Shown here piece after piece: positions 18,101-25,289 of a stretch of 40,615 nt of DNA (position 1 is the stretch's first letter; the number at the start of each line of letters is the position of its first letter). The stretch is from a virus. Taxonomy: Duplodnaviria > Caudoviricetes. The stretch is from the IMG/VR virus record IMGVR_UViG_3300014656_000051, positions 1 to 40,615 of that record. One strand, 5' to 3'. Below the pieces are notes generated by a model. It did not search any database. It had not been told where the DNA came from and saw nothing but the letters and a program-made list of their open reading frames with translations. The translations under genes were made by a program, and so were the position numbers.

Positions 18101-18671
18101 CAGGGAGATGTCCGATTACACTATTCAACACACGACGAAAGGCCTCTCAGAAAGCCCCACGGGGGCTGTATCGAAGACGCTTGCGAATATTCTGGACAGC
18201 GGCGGTGAGTTTACAAGCACAACCGGCCGTATTCGGAAGGGTGTTAGTGTAGGCCTAACAGGCGGTGCTTCGAGCAGCAGTGACATCAATTCTGGTGGCG
18301 GTAGCTACTTCTTTACACGTATTAAGAAGGTGGCTAGCGTGCAGGCGCATGGGTTCTTCTTCCGGCCGAGCCTGCTGGCTAGACAGGACCCGATCAGCTA
18401 TAGCAGTGACACATTCGGTAGTATTAGCGCTCTTCACAAGAGAGCCTCGACTATTGAGCAATTCAAAGCCTATGCCAGGAATTCTGGCAACGAGACCATC
18501 TTTAAGGAAGGTCTTAGTTTGGCCGACCTTGATTATATACGCATACGGCCCGATGAGCGCGCGAGTGTGCTAAAGGTGTTCAAGGACCGGGGAATTACGA
18601 CTCTGCCTGATGGGAGGCCAGTCGAGGACATTGTGATTACGACAAAGGCACCTAAGAAGAGGAACCTGTAA
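12165..18671 (+). CDS. Giant MuF (SPP1 gp7-like) head protein with intein and C-terminal NUDIX, kinase-like and putative ADP-ribosyltransferase domains
   Basis: DPTRTT.LRR, RARVIARTE, WSTATD.VC..C..LEG, IPRHPN|CRC (MuF); Nudix-like KELGEETG; DALFANHD..DNIM..RIDNGG; H-T...SGG...GGSYFFTR...NE. Confidence 0.85.
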   Translation: MAVVFQEPLVINAKKRTKVQNPIRMDPTRTTMLRRQLTAEMARRFSALRRAIVQLVDVEDAFGLRADAKAAKKHAGAVQVATSRTIPLEAILNTALVTNTRWRFETDDVKLDAYRGWLKEQTKAGILEVSGPNQKTPWLEPYIGSAYKKGMMRAYTDAHAADIVAAGKSFEFIEGGKKAFLDMSFNSPTAQGKLRMLSTRAYSQLEGVTAAMDQEMSRILAQGIAQGKGAEALARELSNSVSGIERKRARVIARTELVHAHAEGQLDSFEAMNIDEVGVMAEWSTATDSVVCELCAPLEGVILTVKEARGMIPRHPNCVAGDMRILAPGALAMLKTHYTGEIIKLVTVGGRHITVTPAHVLLTKYGFARAEAVYDGLDLVVDTGFHGRGKAPDYKHDVARVADEFVAATKTLGVPTVCVPTAPEYLHNEGRFCDEKIDIVFADGILGRSGKTHGREPGLYNTLPFCEGGFSRFALSTLAQIFFSTAHTSDSSMGRCRDALAFLLGCVLKAKQVRLGAISSTESNGAQAVLNNAPGNIKLLCDCLDRHPVLKKLNNLGNIDLDAVLAGGVPGIETRLVEVGLDCIPLDPIVFGDTVQGPSLPHVQFDKISCVRKFHVSSFPVYDVQTISTVYSIGGIIASNCRCAWIPANVGEHIGGTTKTTWAGPEQGLAPPGTKPTGKTTGQVWHKDEAAARLRQSIKAEHPKLSATAARKASRWAGADMTTVSGKLKPGSKAWISAKAAAKAEKAKASIAAVKVARKKKAVAATAHSLAVKIGMTKKKYGITDEMIFYPGGGKEPDFLIEGAEAWVKAQGLKVSDIEWLSFSKAAKARKVLEPTKPTLQAQAEVLSEMVAAKKATKALTDDAAKAVKAWSGTGPVAEVLDHADYRLVPGWEQLPAGSVKRQSYGVVLFDDQGRVLLREPTDHFGGTHWTFAKGGGWPPGSTALKELGEETGYIATIHDILPGKFKGTQTQTNYFLGKSSGFDPGLMDLETAGTKWMTYDEALAAIAQSKSATVVARDTAVLQAAYKHLSGGDPKLFAGVVSSGKDSLDAAKAVAAKAAHSHRVKLDMAQKHFAKPKFGGGVVDADWVNPGTKQKLNVDGLNKVLSEKGWHLTTLPKDVSTDLLGVADDVVTQKAIIDGLKKAPKTVPKPPAAKPTPKPHPALVSADEFTGDLHDDVAEALSKGHLHPDDVDYLDLSDTLMEWAEEKKLAPGWLDDFDHEMLAEHFNMFKKAHPNLYGKIDDIPAPRFPSGEEIEDIMGWTRPRAALPATVWDEKDFFKSGKLKKGAIYDKLKGHGLSDTQAADLTDKFIATSPKTYALPGQAAEAFDEFLEEPLVLAKMGKLPGAPPTAPILTETIEVPLERDLKKVANLPGSTKPWKAKDKAGKHWVVKDVSGSKIDPDHLRSEGLADELYRRLGIAVPKGKIINAPGGPMKITEFLEGGQTLAEWKVGKSVVKIKEMYAQIRKGAVADALFANHDVGGLSFDNIMVVGGKAYRIDNGGALLYRAQGGMKRTWKNKVTDLATMRDPKHNEVTAAIFEDLTDDEIHQQIRYIVAHKQDVLAAIVDDGLRGTMAARIDDLASRLPSRPAVRRPRAVPVGKRRAEYGNTPDAAPRAKAAKSNGVNLAGDKNDIEDDNILVWEQLGRDNKPQTRVQLKVTHEGSEKVKATLGDELERAQRAAAPTVTNPNVHPDDAYWDVVLAGAKTVSIHAGDGKFNTTILDKFAKAKEQVVKKLKTATGDKKKMLKHYAVAIDEIETAKRTGKTLPKGLLSQYVHKPKPKAAVPQPRRRDMRVRRDSGIDFPTADFKNGTGRVNTGHNNFSSEAYIIDMGDAAEGVEVKFLPNDGGFNQAKGRAMHGTISITVDGEVTQERIDDALSILKNLGLDIAPPPPAFEEALYIHRGVYLRGKHTSSGYKTIWENKSITDEEKVTQLKKWVKKNMQVDLDKVAQYDPAGVASNADGSGFRHWMRWDLSEDDVRREMSDYTIQHTTKGLSESPTGAVSKTLANILDSGGEFTSTTGRIRKGVSVGLTGGASSSSDINSGGGSYFFTRIKKVASVQAHGFFFRPSLLARQDPISYSSDTFGSISALHKRASTIEQFKAYARNSGNETIFKEGLSLADLDYIRIRPDERASVLKVFKDRGITTLPDGRPVEDIVITTKAPKKRNL
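13140..14009 (-). CDS. Antisense-encoded HTH plus Vsr/DUF559-like (PD-(D/E)xK) putative homing endonuclease, 289 aa
   Basis: Two HTH-like segments (WSLNRIAKHYGVKWDTIKAHF; GVSVKAIAKELNITRSVVQNRL), then TEWE...L...G...QYAIGKYNVDLL....FIVEVFGGGWH....RYEFIRNTGYVVFIIW; AAAGGAGG SD 4 nt before the ATG. Confidence 0.85.
   Translation of the reverse strand: MKLPDTGDLIELHVRQRWSLNRIAKHYGVKWDTIKAHFDKAGFDPWNATRQNRVQVDVTKIVKLFQNGVSVKAIAKELNITRSVVQNRLRTIGFRTRNGTEANLLRFQNTSKKERQRITAAAHAAVRGMRRTEEDLCKRAQGKAAKPSLTEWERVVQAGLTSVGLPTTPQYAIGKYNVDLLITETPFIVEVFGGGWHAYGWHAERFRSRYEFIRNTGYVVFIIWCLTPSVEPRIYHKIKTVVDRFRAGETIFREQYVCRSDGDMTAPYCDKLDYLTGVMCFEHCQRTGS
14051..14079 (-). promoter_or_regulatory. Antisense sigma70 promoter for the intein-nested endonuclease
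   Basis: Minus strand reads TTGCAA (14079-14074), 17 nt, TATACT (14056-14051); SD at 14021-14014. Confidence 0.78.
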
Positions 18672-19036
18672 TGACCGTGAAAGAAAGACTAACCGAACTG
18701 ATCGCCAAAGGCGGTGTGATCTCACTTATGTCTCCCGATATTGAGCTCACGCTGGCCGGGGCATTATGGCGTGAGGACGAGGAAGGCACCTACCTGCGCT
18801 GGTGCGCTATCTTCCCAGAGCACCAGGGGCATATACATCATCTATATTATGACAAGGCGGTGCTGGATAACGACGGCCGGGACATCCTGTTCTACCGAGG
18901 GGGCGAGTTGGTGGCGGGGGTGGTTCCTTACATCGAAAGTAATCTTCCTGCCGATGATGTACATGAGGCGCTTGCCCGGTGGAAAGACGCGGTGGCGCAG
19001 GATATGTATTTCGACGAGTTCCTCGCGGAAGCGTAG
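18671..19036 (+). CDS. Acidic 121-aa protein, candidate immunity/antitoxin for the MuF effector
   Basis: TAATG translational coupling to the MuF stop; small and acidic; function inferred from position only. Confidence 0.55.
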   Translation: MTVKERLTELIAKGGVISLMSPDIELTLAGALWREDEEGTYLRWCAIFPEHQGHIHHLYYDKAVLDNDGRDILFYRGGELVAGVVPYIESNLPADDVHEALARWKDAVAQDMYFDEFLAEA

Positions 19037-19038
19037 AC

Positions 19039-19434
19039 ATGTGGCTCGCTACCAAACACGGTTTCTACTCAATCGTCTGTGCCCATGGGCCGGACGGCAA
19101 ACCGCATCCGGAACTCATGATGATCCGGGCGCGGAAGCATTCCCACCTAGTAAACCTCCAAAGGTTCCACGACGATCTTGGTCTTATTCGGAAATCAGAG
19201 GGCACGGATTATCCATATCGTATTTTCGCTGGCCGGGACGTTGTGTTGTCAATGGTGGCTCGTCTAGCGGCGGAGATCTACTATGATAACTTCAAGGGGG
19301 TGGTGACTATTACTATGCCAAAAGACGCCGCTTATAAGAAGTTCCTTCACTCTGTGTGGGGCCTTGGTTTGAGGTTGACACCGGCTCGGGTGTGCCGGGC
19401 GTCCTTCTTTTGCTATCCGGACGAGGTTGTGTAA
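19039..19434 (+). CDS. Conserved hypothetical phage protein (MW..T..GFYS...IRAR...DYPYR...YDNFK type)
   Basis: Recognisable motif pattern; starts 2 nt after the previous stop. Confidence 0.7.
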   Translation: MWLATKHGFYSIVCAHGPDGKPHPELMMIRARKHSHLVNLQRFHDDLGLIRKSEGTDYPYRIFAGRDVVLSMVARLAAEIYYDNFKGVVTITMPKDAAYKKFLHSVWGLGLRLTPARVCRASFFCYPDEVV

Positions 19435-19456
19435 AACTCCTTCCCGATAATTCCCC

Positions 19457-19485
19457 TTGCGTTCTGACGTTCCTTTCGCTATACT
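19457..19485 (+). promoter_or_regulatory. Sigma70-type promoter
   Basis: TTGCGT-17 nt-TATACT. Confidence 0.75.
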
Positions 19486-19532
19486 ATGGTCGTTCGATAC
19501 GTTGGTCATAGCATAGCTTGAGGAGACTAGAG

Positions 19533-19724
19533 ATGGCAGACCGTAAGCGAGGTTCCGGCAAGCTGGACCCGAGATTCAATACCAAGCGCACTAAGGGCGC
19601 GCACCCCAACGCGCCCCGAACCGCCACCATGCCACAGGCGTCCTCCCCTGTGGCGGCATCTCCCCCGAAGACGGAGGCTTCCGAGGAGGCCTCCGTCCCA
19701 AAAAAGTCCAAGGCCAAGTCCTGA
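19533..19724 (+). CDS. Small basic, low-complexity protein (63 aa)
   Basis: GAGGAG RBS; first ORF after the promoter. Confidence 0.6.
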   Translation: MADRKRGSGKLDPRFNTKRTKGAHPNAPRTATMPQASSPVAASPPKTEASEEASVPKKSKAKS

Positions 19725-19752
19725 GGCTAGGCTTTTTCGGTAGGTCGGAAGC

Positions 19753-19845
19753 ATGAAAGACCTTCTGAAACGCATCGGGAAGTTTAAGTGGTTTTCTGTC
19801 CGATTCAAGATGCCACGGCAACGTAAACGGAGGAAGCGGCGATGA
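19753..19845 (+). CDS. 30-aa highly cationic peptide
   Basis: MKDLLKRIGKFKWFSVRFKMPRQRKRRKRR*; ATGA-coupled to the next gene; RBS weak. Confidence 0.4.
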   Translation: MKDLLKRIGKFKWFSVRFKMPRQRKRRKRR

Positions 19846-20324
19846 ATATTTTGACAAAGCTCCTGGAGAGCCCAATGGTGCTGAACCTGGCTCTATCTTC
19901 GCTGGCGGCAGTGTGGGCGTGGATTAAGGCCAGCGATTGGTGGCAGGCTCGTGTGACCGGGAAGAAGGCGGAAGCGCTGGAGTGTCTCGAGCTTGGAGCC
20001 GAAAAAGCTTATGAGGCTTATGTGCGGGGCATCCAGGCCGGAAGAGAAGACGGAACGTTGACGGATGACGAGCGTGCCGAGGCCCGTCAGCTAGCAATCG
20101 ACGCGGCGGTGCGCTATGGGAAAGAGCGGGGCCTGGATTTGTTGGCCCTGCTGGGGTCGACTGCGGTGGACGCGATGATTGGGCTTGTGGTCAATAAGGC
20201 CAAGCGAGCGGCTGCCGAGGCTCGTGCAGCAAAAAGGGCGGAACGTCATCCATACCTGAACGACTTCTCGGAATGGGCAGCTATGGCAAAGAAGACCCTA
20301 GCTGAAAAGGACGCTGTGGGGTAA
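19842..20324 (+). CDS. Holin-like membrane protein (LL-H-like architecture)
   Basis: One N-terminal TM segment, then a helical domain with AYEAYV...DGTLTDDERAEARQLA. Confidence 0.5.
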   Translation: MNILTKLLESPMVLNLALSSLAAVWAWIKASDWWQARVTGKKAEALECLELGAEKAYEAYVRGIQAGREDGTLTDDERAEARQLAIDAAVRYGKERGLDLLALLGSTAVDAMIGLVVNKAKRAAAEARAAKRAERHPYLNDFSEWAAMAKKTLAEKDAVG

Positions 20325-20333
20325 AGATTTCCC

Positions 20334-20361
20334 TTGCTTCTGGTCAAAGATGTGCTATACT
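20334..20361 (+). promoter_or_regulatory. Sigma70-type promoter for the head genes
   Basis: TTGCTT-16 nt-TATACT with extended TG; AGGAG RBS downstream. Confidence 0.7.
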
Positions 20362-20381
20362 AAACATGACAGGAGAACGAG

Positions 20382-21863
20382 ATGTTCACGACGCTGACGT
20401 TCAATTTGGCCAACGCGGCCATCCGGCAGGAACGCCTCCACGACCGTGACTATACAGTTGCACCGCTAGCGATGTTGACAGAAGGCGTCCACAGAGGTTC
20501 TGGTGGGCCGCTCCTGTATCAGGAAGTCGAGTGCAAGAGGGCGGTGCCCGCCTGGAACATGAAGCCCATCGTAGTGTACCACCCGCAAATCAACGGCCAG
20601 GGTGTGAGTGCATGTGATCCTGATATCCTCGAGCGCCAGCAAATCGGGATGTTGATGAACACACGATGGGATGGGAAGCTTCGTGCGGAGGCTTGGATTG
20701 ATCAGAAAAGGGCTAGGGCCGTGGATAGCCGGGTGCTAGACGCGCTTGAAGCGAACAAGATGATGGAGGTGAGCACGGGGTTGTTCACCGACAATGTGGG
20801 TGAGCCCGGCGAGTGGAACGGCGAGGCGTATGACGCTATTGCGACTAACCACCAGCCCGATCACTTGGCCCTCCTGCCGGACAAGGTTGGGGCTTGTAGT
20901 ATCGCGGACGGTGCGGGATTGCTTATGCTTAACGAGACGGCCAAAGCCGAAGGGCTTGATCTCACCGGCCTATTCGCACGCCAACTGGACATTGTGCGGC
21001 GCATGGTGGGGAATGCGATGTCGCACTCGAACATCCATTCCGCCCTGCACAAGGCGCTCGTAGAGAAGCTTGGTCAAGGAATTGGTAAGGACCCCCCGTC
21101 CGTGTGGATTGTGGATGTGTACGATAGCTTCTTCGTCTACGAACACGAGGACGAAAAGAGGCTGTTTAAGCTCGGCTTTTCTTCGAGCGACACTGGGGTT
21201 GAGATCACCGGGGAGCCCGAAGAGGTGCTCCGCGTGACGGAATACCGCACCGTCGGGGGTGCGTTCGTAGGAAATAGTGTGGACAAAGAGGGCGAGACGC
21301 CCAGTGTAGCGAACGAAAGGAGAAACAAGATGGAGAAGGACAAGCTGATAGAAGCCCTCATCGCGAACGCGCGGACGAAGTGGAGCGAAGAGGATCGCGA
21401 GGCTCTGACGGCCCTTGAGGCGGCGGTGTTAGAGAAGATATTGCCCACCGAAGAAGAGGCCGAGGCCGAGCAGAACGAGGCCGGGGAGAAACCTGCACTC
21501 GAGGAAAAGCCCGCTCCCGAGGAAAAGCCCGTGACGATGGAACAGTATGTACGGAACGCTCCTCTGGAATTCCGTGATGTGCTTACGAGCGGCTTGGCGG
21601 CTCACCGTGAGCAAAAGGACGGTCTGATTGCCAAGATCACGGCGAACAAGGCCAACCAGTTCTCGAAGGAGTTTCTTGCCACGAAAGGCATGCAGGAGCT
21701 CCGGGGCCTTGCGGCCCTGGCCGAGGCTAACGCGCCGCAGGCCAATGAGAGCAATATAATCCCCATGTTTGCGGGGGCATCGACCCTTGCTGGACCGGTC
21801 CAGAACGTTGAGGACGAACAACCCTTGACGCCTCCCGTGATGAGTTTTGGTACTGAAGGCTAA
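20382..21863 (+). CDS. Prohead protease/scaffold (DUF2213-like)
   Basis: WNMKPIVVYHP, EVSTGL, PDHLALLP...GACS...GAG; acidic scaffold-like C-terminal half. Confidence 0.8.
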   Translation: MFTTLTFNLANAAIRQERLHDRDYTVAPLAMLTEGVHRGSGGPLLYQEVECKRAVPAWNMKPIVVYHPQINGQGVSACDPDILERQQIGMLMNTRWDGKLRAEAWIDQKRARAVDSRVLDALEANKMMEVSTGLFTDNVGEPGEWNGEAYDAIATNHQPDHLALLPDKVGACSIADGAGLLMLNETAKAEGLDLTGLFARQLDIVRRMVGNAMSHSNIHSALHKALVEKLGQGIGKDPPSVWIVDVYDSFFVYEHEDEKRLFKLGFSSSDTGVEITGEPEEVLRVTEYRTVGGAFVGNSVDKEGETPSVANERRNKMEKDKLIEALIANARTKWSEEDREALTALEAAVLEKILPTEEEAEAEQNEAGEKPALEEKPAPEEKPVTMEQYVRNAPLEFRDVLTSGLAAHREQKDGLIAKITANKANQFSKEFLATKGMQELRGLAALAEANAPQANESNIIPMFAGASTLAGPVQNVEDEQPLTPPVMSFGTEG

Positions 21864-21883
21864 CGACAAAAGGAGAAAAGACG

Positions 21884-22858
21884 ATGGCCGATAACTTGAA
21901 TACAATCGTGCTTCGCGGCAAGGGCCACCATGACGAAGGCGAGGCGGATGCCGCTATTAGCCCAGGCGAGGCGGTACGGTTGGCAGCCGATGGTTGCTGG
22001 GACCCCGAAACGCTGGCAGCGGACGTTGCTGCTGGACGGGGTATCGTTCTGGCGAAGGAGAATGCGCTGGAAGGCCAGACTGTTGACGACGCCTATGCAG
22101 ACGGGGATATCCTCTTCCTGTATTACCCGATCCCGGGAGACGTGGTACATGTGCTCGTGAAGCTGGGTGAGGACATCGACGTCGGGGACTACCTGGACGT
22201 CGAGGGTTCCGGCAGCGGAAAGTTCATTGAGGTCAGTTCGGCGGCGACGGCAGAGTACAAGCTTTCGTTGACTAGCGCCAAGGTCTGGGATGCGATGGCA
22301 ACGGACCTACCGGCAGCCGCAGCGAACGACGATATGGGCCTGATTACCGGCACACCCGGCACGGACGCCCCGACCCTTCAGGGCGTGGACTTTGGTGGTG
22401 CCGCGACCGACGAGAAGTGTGCGTTCGAGTTTGTGCTCCCGCCTGAGTACCGTGCGGGCTCTGCGATTACCCTTCGCTGCAAAGCGGGCATGCTGACGAC
22501 CGTTGCCGATGAAAACACTACGGCAGTCTCGCTCGACGCCGAGGTCTGGGTCGATGCTGGTACTGGCCTTGTGGGTAGTGACATATGTGCTACGGCGGCC
22601 CAAGCATGCAACAGTTTGACCATGGCTAACCTGGACTTTACTATCACACCGACCGGCCTTGAGCCTGGCAACCGGCTGATCATCAACCTGACTTTGGCTG
22701 GTGACGACGCTGGTAACTTGGGAGTGATGATCCCAGAGATCCAAAACGTTGCGCTCCTGGTCGGGAACGCGGCGGTTGGGCGACTGATGGCCCTGGAAGA
22801 TTCCGGTGGTGCTCTGGCAGCGGCAGCGCTGCTTAGGTGCCGTGTCATGGGTCTGTAA
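21884..22858 (+). CDS. Head decoration (cement) protein with a large inserted domain
   Basis: Position between protease and MCP; AISPGEAV...DDAYADGD...PGDVV..LV..GEDIDVGDYL and C-terminal ALED...LLRCRV. Confidence 0.65.
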   Translation: MADNLNTIVLRGKGHHDEGEADAAISPGEAVRLAADGCWDPETLAADVAAGRGIVLAKENALEGQTVDDAYADGDILFLYYPIPGDVVHVLVKLGEDIDVGDYLDVEGSGSGKFIEVSSAATAEYKLSLTSAKVWDAMATDLPAAAANDDMGLITGTPGTDAPTLQGVDFGGAATDEKCAFEFVLPPEYRAGSAITLRCKAGMLTTVADENTTAVSLDAEVWVDAGTGLVGSDICATAAQACNSLTMANLDFTITPTGLEPGNRLIINLTLAGDDAGNLGVMIPEIQNVALLVGNAAVGRLMALEDSGGALAAAALLRCRVMGL

Positions 22859-22907
22859 CCGAGGTTTGGCAGCATAGTGCTACTGAACGAATGGAAGGAG
22901 AATAGGA

Positions 22908-23972
22908 ATGAACTTCATCCTGAACGGCCAGGCTCAGGGCAATGTTGCAAGCGTCCTGATGGCCAACAATTTTGACGCGAACGCCCTTCGCCCCTATCAG
23001 GGCAGGGACGGGCGGAGCTACATCACGGTGAACACGGGCCGGGTGGACAAGGACGGGAAACCGATCTATCAGGCTCTTGTGACCAATGCCGTGGCGACCC
23101 TGCGGAAGGATGACTGGGTCCAGCTCGACACGGCCATCATCAAGGCCGCCAAGCCGCGCTTGACTGCAGTTGCTGACTTGCGTGCTGCGGGGCTTCAGTA
23201 TGTGATCCCGAACGGACTCGGGAAGACTGTGCTCGAGCACGAGGCAATGAGTGACATTGGCGATGCGAGTATCAGCATGGACGGTCTCCGCGAAGGTGAC
23301 AGTGACCGCCCGCAGTTCGAGCTGACCGCGCTGCCCTTGCCGATTGTCCATAAGGACTTTCAGTTCAGTGCCCGTCAGGTCATGGCGAGCCGCAACGGTG
23401 GAAGCCCCCTGGACACGACCAACGCTGAGTTGGCCGGACGCAAGGTCGCAGAAGAGGTCGAAAAGCTGCTCCTCGGTGAGGTCAATACCTACACCTACGG
23501 AGGCGGAACGGTGTACGGCTACACGAACTTCACCGACCGGCTTACCCACACCTTGACCGCGCCCGCAAGCGACAACCACGCGACGACCGTGGCTCAGGTG
23601 CTTGCTATGCGGAAGAAGAGCATCGACGCGGGCTATTACGGCCCGTGGGCCTTGTACTATTCTCCTGGCTGGAGTGTGTACATGGACGAGGATTACAGCA
23701 CGTCCAAAGGCGACAATACGATGCGCCAGCGCCTGGCCGCTATCGACGGAATTACGGCGGTGAAACAGGCCGACTACCTCAGCGATACTACGTTGCTGCT
23801 CGTGCAAATGACCTCGGACGTGGCTCGTATGGTTATCGGCATGGATCTCACAACGGTCCAGTGGGAGAGCCACGGTGGAATGCAGCTTAACTTCAAGGTT
23901 ATGTGCATTATGGTGCCGCAGCTCCGCTCCGATTACAACGACGCGACGGGCATTGTTCACGGCTCTGTGTAA
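22908..23972 (+). CDS. Major capsid protein (HK97 fold, Linocin-M18/encapsulin-like)
   Basis: 354 aa; LPLPIVHKDF...R...ASR..G.PLD, KVAEEVE, YGYTN, F KVM.IMVPQLR; AAGGAG RBS. Confidence 0.85.
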   Translation: MNFILNGQAQGNVASVLMANNFDANALRPYQGRDGRSYITVNTGRVDKDGKPIYQALVTNAVATLRKDDWVQLDTAIIKAAKPRLTAVADLRAAGLQYVIPNGLGKTVLEHEAMSDIGDASISMDGLREGDSDRPQFELTALPLPIVHKDFQFSARQVMASRNGGSPLDTTNAELAGRKVAEEVEKLLLGEVNTYTYGGGTVYGYTNFTDRLTHTLTAPASDNHATTVAQVLAMRKKSIDAGYYGPWALYYSPGWSVYMDEDYSTSKGDNTMRQRLAAIDGITAVKQADYLSDTTLLLVQMTSDVARMVIGMDLTTVQWESHGGMQLNFKVMCIMVPQLRSDYNDATGIVHGSV

Positions 23973-23998
23973 TACGGGCCTGTGACCTAATGTTCTGT

Positions 23999-24030
23999 GC
24001 TCCAGGCGGCCGCCCTTGGCCGCCTGGAGC
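23999..24030 (+). terminator. GC-rich hairpin after the MCP (terminator/stabiliser)
   Basis: 13-bp perfect stem GCTCCAGGCGGCC/GGCCGCCTGGAGC; weak U-tract. Confidence 0.6.
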
Positions 24031-24056
24031 CTTAACCAACACAGGAGACCATCGTC

Positions 24057-24485
24057 ATGCTAACATACAAGAACATGGGCGGCTTACACACGTTGCTGGA
24101 CGGGACGACTGTTCCGAAGGGCGGCGTGTTTCAGTCGGATGACCCGGACCTTTGCAAGAAGTTTCGCGGTAAGTTTGAGCGCGTAATCGAGGAACCGGCC
24201 CCAGCCCCGGCCCCCGTAGTTCAGAGCGTCGATACCCCCGAAGAGAAGAAGACCGCCGTGCAGAAAGCGGCGGAGACCGGGGCCACCGATGTTCTGCCCG
24301 AGGGAACCACAGACGTAACGGGAGAGTTCCCCTCTGCCCAGGAAGCCGACATGCGTGTGTTGAAAGACAAGCGCGGTTGGTACGTCTACGACGATGGCGG
24401 GAAAGAGCCCGCGAACGAGAAGCCCCTCAAGAGGAAGGCCGTCGATTGTTTCATCGAGGAGCTCCTTGCCGACGAAGGTGAGTAG
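24057..24485 (+). CDS. Hypothetical virion-module protein
   Basis: AGGAG RBS; PAPAPAP linker; follows the MCP. Confidence 0.7.
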   Translation: MLTYKNMGGLHTLLDGTTVPKGGVFQSDDPDLCKKFRGKFERVIEEPAPAPAPVVQSVDTPEEKKTAVQKAAETGATDVLPEGTTDVTGEFPSAQEADMRVLKDKRGWYVYDDGGKEPANEKPLKRKAVDCFIEELLADEGE

Positions 24486-24500
24486 TGGAGATGCCCAGAT

Positions 24501-24935
24501 ATGCGGACTACAAAGGACAACATCGAGGGCATCATTGAGCTCGATCCCGAGATAGTTCCAGACGATGCTGCGATGCTCCCTTACATCACGGTCGCGAACG
24601 AGCTTGTGACCGAGTGCTGCACCGGGGACGCTGGACCGGATGACGAGTATAACGATGACCGGCTCGAGCTAATCGAGCGTTGGCTAGCAGCCCACTTCTA
24701 TACCGTTCGAGACCCCCGTATGGTCAGTGAACGTGCTGGGTCTGTAAGCGGTACCGCACAATCCAAGGTTGACCTCGGATTCGATACCTCGCATTACGGC
24801 CAGATTGCAATGCGTCTTGACACAAACGGCGGCCTAGCCAAGTTGAACCAACAGACCAAGAAGGGTGCGCCGGTGGTATCCGGGGCATGGATGGGAACGC
24901 ACCCGGATGACATTCCGGAACAGGATGTGTACTAA
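24501..24935 (+). CDS. Head-tail adaptor
   Basis: IERWLAAHF, T.YGQ.A..LD motifs; position. Confidence 0.7.
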   Translation: MRTTKDNIEGIIELDPEIVPDDAAMLPYITVANELVTECCTGDAGPDDEYNDDRLELIERWLAAHFYTVRDPRMVSERAGSVSGTAQSKVDLGFDTSHYGQIAMRLDTNGGLAKLNQQTKKGAPVVSGAWMGTHPDDIPEQDVY

Positions 24936-24946
24936 GGAGTAATGCC

Positions 24947-25279
24947 ATGGCCACATTGACGGCACAGACAATCAGCCGATCAGGGCTCAAGGCTGTATAT
25001 AGTGTGGCGGCTTCCGGGGGCGACGAGTTCGCAAACACCGGAAGTGAATTCATCCACGTCAAGAACGACGACGGAAGTTCGCACACGGTCACCATCGAAA
25101 CGGTGGCCACTGTGGATGGCCTGGCAGTGGCCGACCGCGACCTCGCGGTCCCAGCGGGCGAAGACCGCATGATAGGACCGTTCCCAACTGGCACCTACAA
25201 TGACTCCGATGGTAAGGCACAGCTTACCTACGACGCCGTAACGAGTGTAACTATCGCTGTGCTGAAGCCCGGTTCATAA
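24947..25279 (+). CDS. Small beta-rich virion protein
   Basis: AAGGAG RBS; GDEFANTG.EFIHVKN...VPAGEDRMIGPF. Confidence 0.65.
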   Translation: MATLTAQTISRSGLKAVYSVAASGGDEFANTGSEFIHVKNDDGSSHTVTIETVATVDGLAVADRDLAVPAGEDRMIGPFPTGTYNDSDGKAQLTYDAVTSVTIAVLKPGS

Positions 25280-25289
25280 GGAACATGTT

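Noticed and set aside
22845-23960. Long minus-strand ORFs opposite the capsid, tape measure and kinase regions
   Set aside because: No recognisable motifs, RBS or promoter; expected antisense shadows of GC-rich genes, unlike 13140-14009.
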